From NCBI RefSeq assembly GCF_009914755.1, contig NC_060927.1: a stretch of 64,000 nucleotides of DNA. One strand, 5' to 3'. The notes beneath the pieces are model-generated. The model was given only the letters and a program-made list of their open reading frames with translations. It was not told where the DNA came from and did not search any database. Below are positions 50,959-64,000 of the stretch, one piece after another. The stretch is from the human T2T-CHM13v2.0 reference genome, Homo sapiens. A program made the translations under genes and the position numbers. Position 1 is the first letter of the stretch; every line of letters begins with the position of its first letter.

Positions 50959-51849
50959 CATAAAAGGTGAATAGAATTTTTGTTTTCTGACTTCAAATGT
51001 AACAACTAGACTCCCACCTCAATGCCAAAGTTTTAATTTTGCCTCCATATTACCTTCCTGTGATTCCTTACTTATAGTTTTTACCTATATATGTAATGTT
51101 CATTTTAATCTTTAACATTGGTTACTTTTGGGAAGTGATACCAAAGTGTTTAGGGAGGCGTCATCACTCTGCTTTATATACTTATACATTGTTTAAACTT
51201 TATGGGCTAATTTATTTATAATTAAATTAGTACATTAAAAACAAAAAAGAAACAATTTAATAGTGGTGGTGGTGGAGGATCATGTGATTTTTTTTTGGTG
51301 ATGTTCTCTGAAGGATGATTTTCTAATTAATCTGTTTTTTTTGAAGGGAAATTCAAAATTCCCCCTTATGAAGGGGGTGGTGTAGGTGTCTTGGATCTGT
51401 TGAAAAGACAGTTTTGAGGAGAATTATGATTATGATTATGATAAAATTATGATTCTAATACAAGTGTAAAATGAAAAATGTAAATGAATTTTATTTAATT
51501 CGTTAATTAATGGGAACCAGTAATATGTACAAACAATCCAGGAGAATTCAAAGATCAGACCCATATATTGGCAATGAGGAATGCTGAAATGAATTTGCTT
51601 AATAAATGCAAAACTGGCTTCTTGGAAAAAAATGGATGTCATTTTGCACTTCTCCCTGGCAAAATTCATTTGCAGTCTGTGAACAGGAGTCATTTGCATT
51701 GCTGGCAGTGACCTATGTTTACAGAGTTGTCTGGTTGCAAGATGCACCACTGGACAAGACACCCAGTAATCTTATTTGCCCATTTCAAAGTTTTCAACAC
51801 TTTTTCCTGCCAGCTCAGAATAACATTTGTTAAAATTCAGTCATTCCTC

Positions 51850-52159
<310 letters not shown>

Positions 52160-52212
52160 TCATTCCTGCCTAATACCTGTACTTAAGATTACATACATAA
52201 AAAGAGAAAATG

Positions 52213-52637
<425 letters not shown>

Positions 52638-52704
52638 TCACTGACTTCAAGGATGTTAATGACATAATTATCAGCAAATAGTTTTAAATTTGCTTGTATT
52701 TTCT

Positions 52705-59580
<6,876 letters not shown>

Positions 59581-61514
59581 TATTTGCTTGTATTTTCTAT
59601 TTTATTTTTTGGGATAGGCAGAGAATATCTATTATGATAAACAGGATAATATACAAAAAAACTGCTCAACTTCTTTTTAATGATGACTTCCTCCTTTATT
59701 GAATTGGGCATGTTTTTCAGGGAAAAGTGGATTTACTACCCATTAAAATAAATGAACATTCTTATCTCACCTTATTCACTTAACCAGAAGAATTTCATTC
59801 CTTTCCTAGATCTGAAGATTATCCACATATATTTGCTTGGGTCTTTTTTAAGTTAGCGCACACACACGCATACACAAACCATTCTCCTAATGGAAGAAAC
59901 TTTAGAATTTTTTATCCAGTTGCAACCCGAGGGGTAAGCTGTGGGGTGGGAAGTGGAGCTGTTGAGGAGAGGTGAGTAGGGAGGGAGTCATAAAATAACA
60001 CTTGTACCCAGCTGATCACTTTGAAAAAAATATCAAGAGATCCGATTTGTCACCTTTGCTTTTCCTGTTCCTTCCTTGTTATTTATTTGCTATTTTTTTA
60101 TGTCACTGCAAGGCATGCATATTGGGTGCTCTAATGTTTGTGTCTATAGTAAAAAATTAATGAAATCTTATTTGGAAAAGAAAAATTATAAATTTGGGAA
60201 AGGGATGAGAGAAAATGGGTAGAAGAGAGATTTCATAATTTCTTCAGAGAGGAGCACTAGCCACTCTTCCCCCACTCCAAACCAAACCAAATAAATGTAT
60301 TACCAAAGCACATTGCAGAAAGAAATCTCTGCATTCCCCCTGATTATGGAAATTTGAAATAAAGTATAAAAGACATATTTGAGTTAGTATCAGTTAGATT
60401 CTTCCCTTTGTTTATTCGCTGCACGGAGACAGTACCCCTATGTCCCAGCATTGGGTGGTGGGGTGGGGGCAGGGAGGAGCAGTAAAGTGTTTTTTTTCAA
60501 GTCCTGTCTTTGAAAGCATTTGCTTAGCTTTGAAAGAGTCCAAAGTTTCAGAAAGCTTTTGTTTGTTAGATGGGATTTTGTTCCCACTTCCTCAAATGTA
60601 GATTTTGCTAAACCAAAACAGGCAGTGTTAATTCTGAAGACAGAGACCCTCCAGGGAATAGCTCTGCCTCTGGATCTAAATGCTATGAAGTCTCACTAAT
60701 TTGAGCTCCACACATTCTTAATTGCATAGAGACTAGTCTGACGTTTGCTCTGCAAACTCTTCTTTCGTAGAAGGTGAAGATTAACACTATAGATAAGACT
60801 CTGGTAATATCTGGGGTGGTAGTGCCTTATATTTATAAAAGCAACTATATTCCAAGCATCTTAGAAGTATCATTTAGATATTTAGTTAAATTAAACACAT
60901 ATGTATTATTTAGACCGACAGGCTCTGAGAGGAAAAGGGAAATTTTTGCATTCTGGTGTGGGTCATTGGAGTTGCAAATCCGGCTTATTTTGAATATCTC
61001 TCTCAACGGTAGTTTAAATGAATGAACCAATGAAGAAAGGAATATTGCAGCACAATTTGAATTCCTATATGTATCTCACTAAATTTAATAAAATTTCTTT
61101 TATGACCAAAATCTCTCCATAATGGTAGTTTCTAAAGAGTTATAGTTGTTTCAAGGTATAGTTGTGTGATAGCATTTTGTTTTTCAGCAAGCGTTTATTG
61201 AGAGGACAGGACTATAAACCAGGTAAGTGTTTTAGCTTGTTTTGCTGAACTGTGTTTGAACAACCAGATAAATTACTTTAACCAGGTTTCAAAGTGCTTC
61301 TGATTCATTCAGAAGTGACTATTAAGCCACAGTAATCAGCTGTTACTAAACACGTGACAGTTGTATATAGAAAACTACGTACTGACAATGGCACTTACTG
61401 AAGTATTAAAAGAGACATTTTCAATGTTAATAAGACATTTAGTATTAAATAGACCACTTAAAATGTGGAAATAGCTTTTTAGATATATTTTCTGGTTGAT
61501 TTGAAGAGATTGTG

Positions 61515-61890
<376 letters not shown>

Positions 61891-63085
61891 CTATGCCCTT
61901 TTTCAGAAAGGAAGAATCCACTCTCCAGGGTCTTAATGAAGCCTGCCCAGTGCAACATTGCCATCCAGTGTTAGGCATCTCAGCAATGATCTTCTGCAAG
62001 GGGATCTAAAAAGCTGGAGGCAGAATTTTGTGGTTTTGTAACAAAATAAAATAATAGGCATCCTTTCTTTGTTTAGTGCTCTTTTTTTGCACATGAAATT
62101 TAATAATTTAAATGAATGACTACCTTAGTAGCTAAGGGACAAAGAAACACCACTAATTTCTAATGTTAGCTAGGCACTTCATTGTATACTAGCAACTATG
62201 TTGAGTGCTACACCTGCTTTATCTTATTTAAGCATCATAACAAGCTCACTGTTATCTATTTTTTTTCACATAAGAGGATACTCAAGTGTACAATAGTTAA
62301 GTGACATATCTAAGGCTGGACAGTTAGTGAGTGGTAGAGCCATGCTTCAAACCCTAGAGAGAGAGCCTAACACTTAATTACTGCTATTATTAGAAACTGA
62401 TATTCTTGAAATAATTACTAATATATTTGCCCCTTGGTAATTAAAAACAAGAAAACTTCTGTAGTCCTTCTAGCATAAGGGCCAGATTATGAAGGCTTTA
62501 GTGCTAAGGAAGGGAAAAGATATCTACATGGAGCAAAGACACTCATGGAGTTGGTAAGAAAGAGGCTATTACATAGGAAAGTTGCTTACAGAAGGAAAGG
62601 GAAAGTAAACAGAAAGTCCTGGTGCTGGGAAAAGGGGGGAAGTTGAGAAAGGGAGGAGGGCCAGGTAAGAATTTCCTAGTTCTCCATGTCCTTAGGGTTG
62701 AGCATGTGGCAAGTGTGGTTAAACATCCAAACAGGTTTGGGGCTGTCAGAGACTCTCCATGCTGGAGAGATTGCAACAAGTTGAGGGAAGCCATAGGTTT
62801 TTTGTGGCACCTTATTGAACATGGTGCCATCCTATGGGCTCGGTTCAGAAGTGATGTTGGAGAGAGGTGTTTCCGTAGATGGGCCTAAACTAGTTCCCCT
62901 ATTCCCCATGGCCTGAACCATGGTGCAGTGGAGACTCACAGGTACTTGCAGGCTGTGTGTGATTAGAAAGGAACATGGAAACTGAGAGGACTGGTAGGCT
63001 AGAAGAAGCCTGCAGTCATGGAAAAAGGAGGTCACAGAGTGAAGGGGCCTTGTACGTGAAGTCATGACTAGAGATCTACAATCTT

Positions 63086-63435
63086 TTTTTTGGGGGGGGG
63101 GTTTCTATTATTTTACTTTTTTATGAAAGTAAATTATTTTAATTTTATAAAAGTAAATTATTTTAATTTTAATTTATTATTATTATACTGTAAGTTCTGG
63201 GGTATGTGTGCACAACATGTGGTTTGTTACATAGGTATACATGTGCCATGTTGGTTTGCTGCACCCATCAACTCGTCATTTACATTAGGTATTTCTCCTA
63301 ATGCTATCCCTTCCCCAGCCCCCTACCCCCTGACAGGCCCTGGTGTGGGATGTTCCCCTCCTTGTGTCCATGTGTTCTCATTGTTCAACTCTCACTTATG
63401 AGTGGATAGGAGTGGCGAGAGAGGGGATGCTTGTC
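63086..63435 (-). mobile_element. L1 portion of U3-L1 chimera (3'UTR plus ~30-nt ORF2 RT piece)
   Basis: L1PA 3' end ~63180-63404; 63405-63437 resembles ORF2 sequence also seen at ~54720-54753. Confidence 0.9.
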
Positions 63436-63507
63436 TTCGGTGCTCTATACATTCAGAGAAACTTCTCTAGTAACAAACTGTAGAAATGATCCCTGAAAGT
63501 ATAGTCT
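63436..63507 (-). pseudogene. U3 (SNORD3) pseudogene: U3 snoRNA 5' fragment (~72 nt) retrocopy
   Basis: Reverse complement AGACTATACTTTCAGGGATCATTTCTACAGTTTGTTACTAGAGAAGTTTCTCTGAATGTATAGAGCACCGAA matches the U3 5' domain. Confidence 0.93.
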
Positions 63508-63801
63508 AGATATCTACAATCTTGTCAATGTCTATCAACATGGTAGCTGTGACAATGACCAAACGAATTGAGGCCGGCAAGGACACAGAATGTGGCACAT
63601 GGACCAGAGGCTCTTCCCCACATTGTAGTAAGCTTTCCGTGGGACTCAGAGGAAGGGAGAATTGGATGGGGAAGTTCCTTAAGAGGAGAGAAACCACTGT
63701 TATGAAGAGTATAAATCTGAATTACATTGACTCTTTATCTGAAGACAGTATTTAGAAAGAGATGCTGTTACCCTTCTTTAGCAGAATCAAGTGTTCCTCC
63801 T

Positions 63802-64000
63802 TGATATGGTTTGGCTCTGTGTCCCCACTCAAATCTCATCTCCAACTATGCCCCACGTGTCAAGGGAGGTAGGTGATTGGATCATGGGGGCGGTTTCCCG
63901 TATGCTGTTCTCATGATAGTGAGTAGGAGCTCTCATGAGATCTGATGGTTTTATAAGTGGCAGTTTCCCCTGTTCTTCTCTCTTCTGCCATCTTGTGAAG
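63802..64000 (+). mobile_element. THE1/MST MaLR LTR (runs off window)
   Basis: TGATATGGTTTGGCTCTGTGTCCCCACTCAAATCTCATC start. Confidence 0.85.

Overview
Human/hominid genomic DNA, repeat-dense, with no intact protein-coding gene that I can recognise. It contains about 30 Alus, a decayed full-length L1PA (52.7-59.2 kb, minus), L1 fragments, a 5'-truncated SVA inside an L1, solo LTRs, and Tigger/Charlie DNA-transposon fossils. Two retrocopies stand out: a processed SET (TAF-I alpha isoform) pseudogene with two premature stops and a clean TSD (41866-43682), and a three-part U3 snoRNA/L1 chimera (63086-63507). Structure not explained by repeat families: three apparent local templated-insertion or inverted-duplication scars (18.3-19.6, 45.5-46.8, 49.4-49.55 kb); a degenerate ~150-bp tandem array that reads like a decayed coding exon (19.4-20.5 kb); and an indel-free 7x21-bp repeat in a 150-nt exon-like unit with further exon-like segments (50.3-62.05 kb), possibly a cryptic or dead + strand gene. 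Coordinates and identities were read by eye; repeat subfamily names are from memory and approximate.
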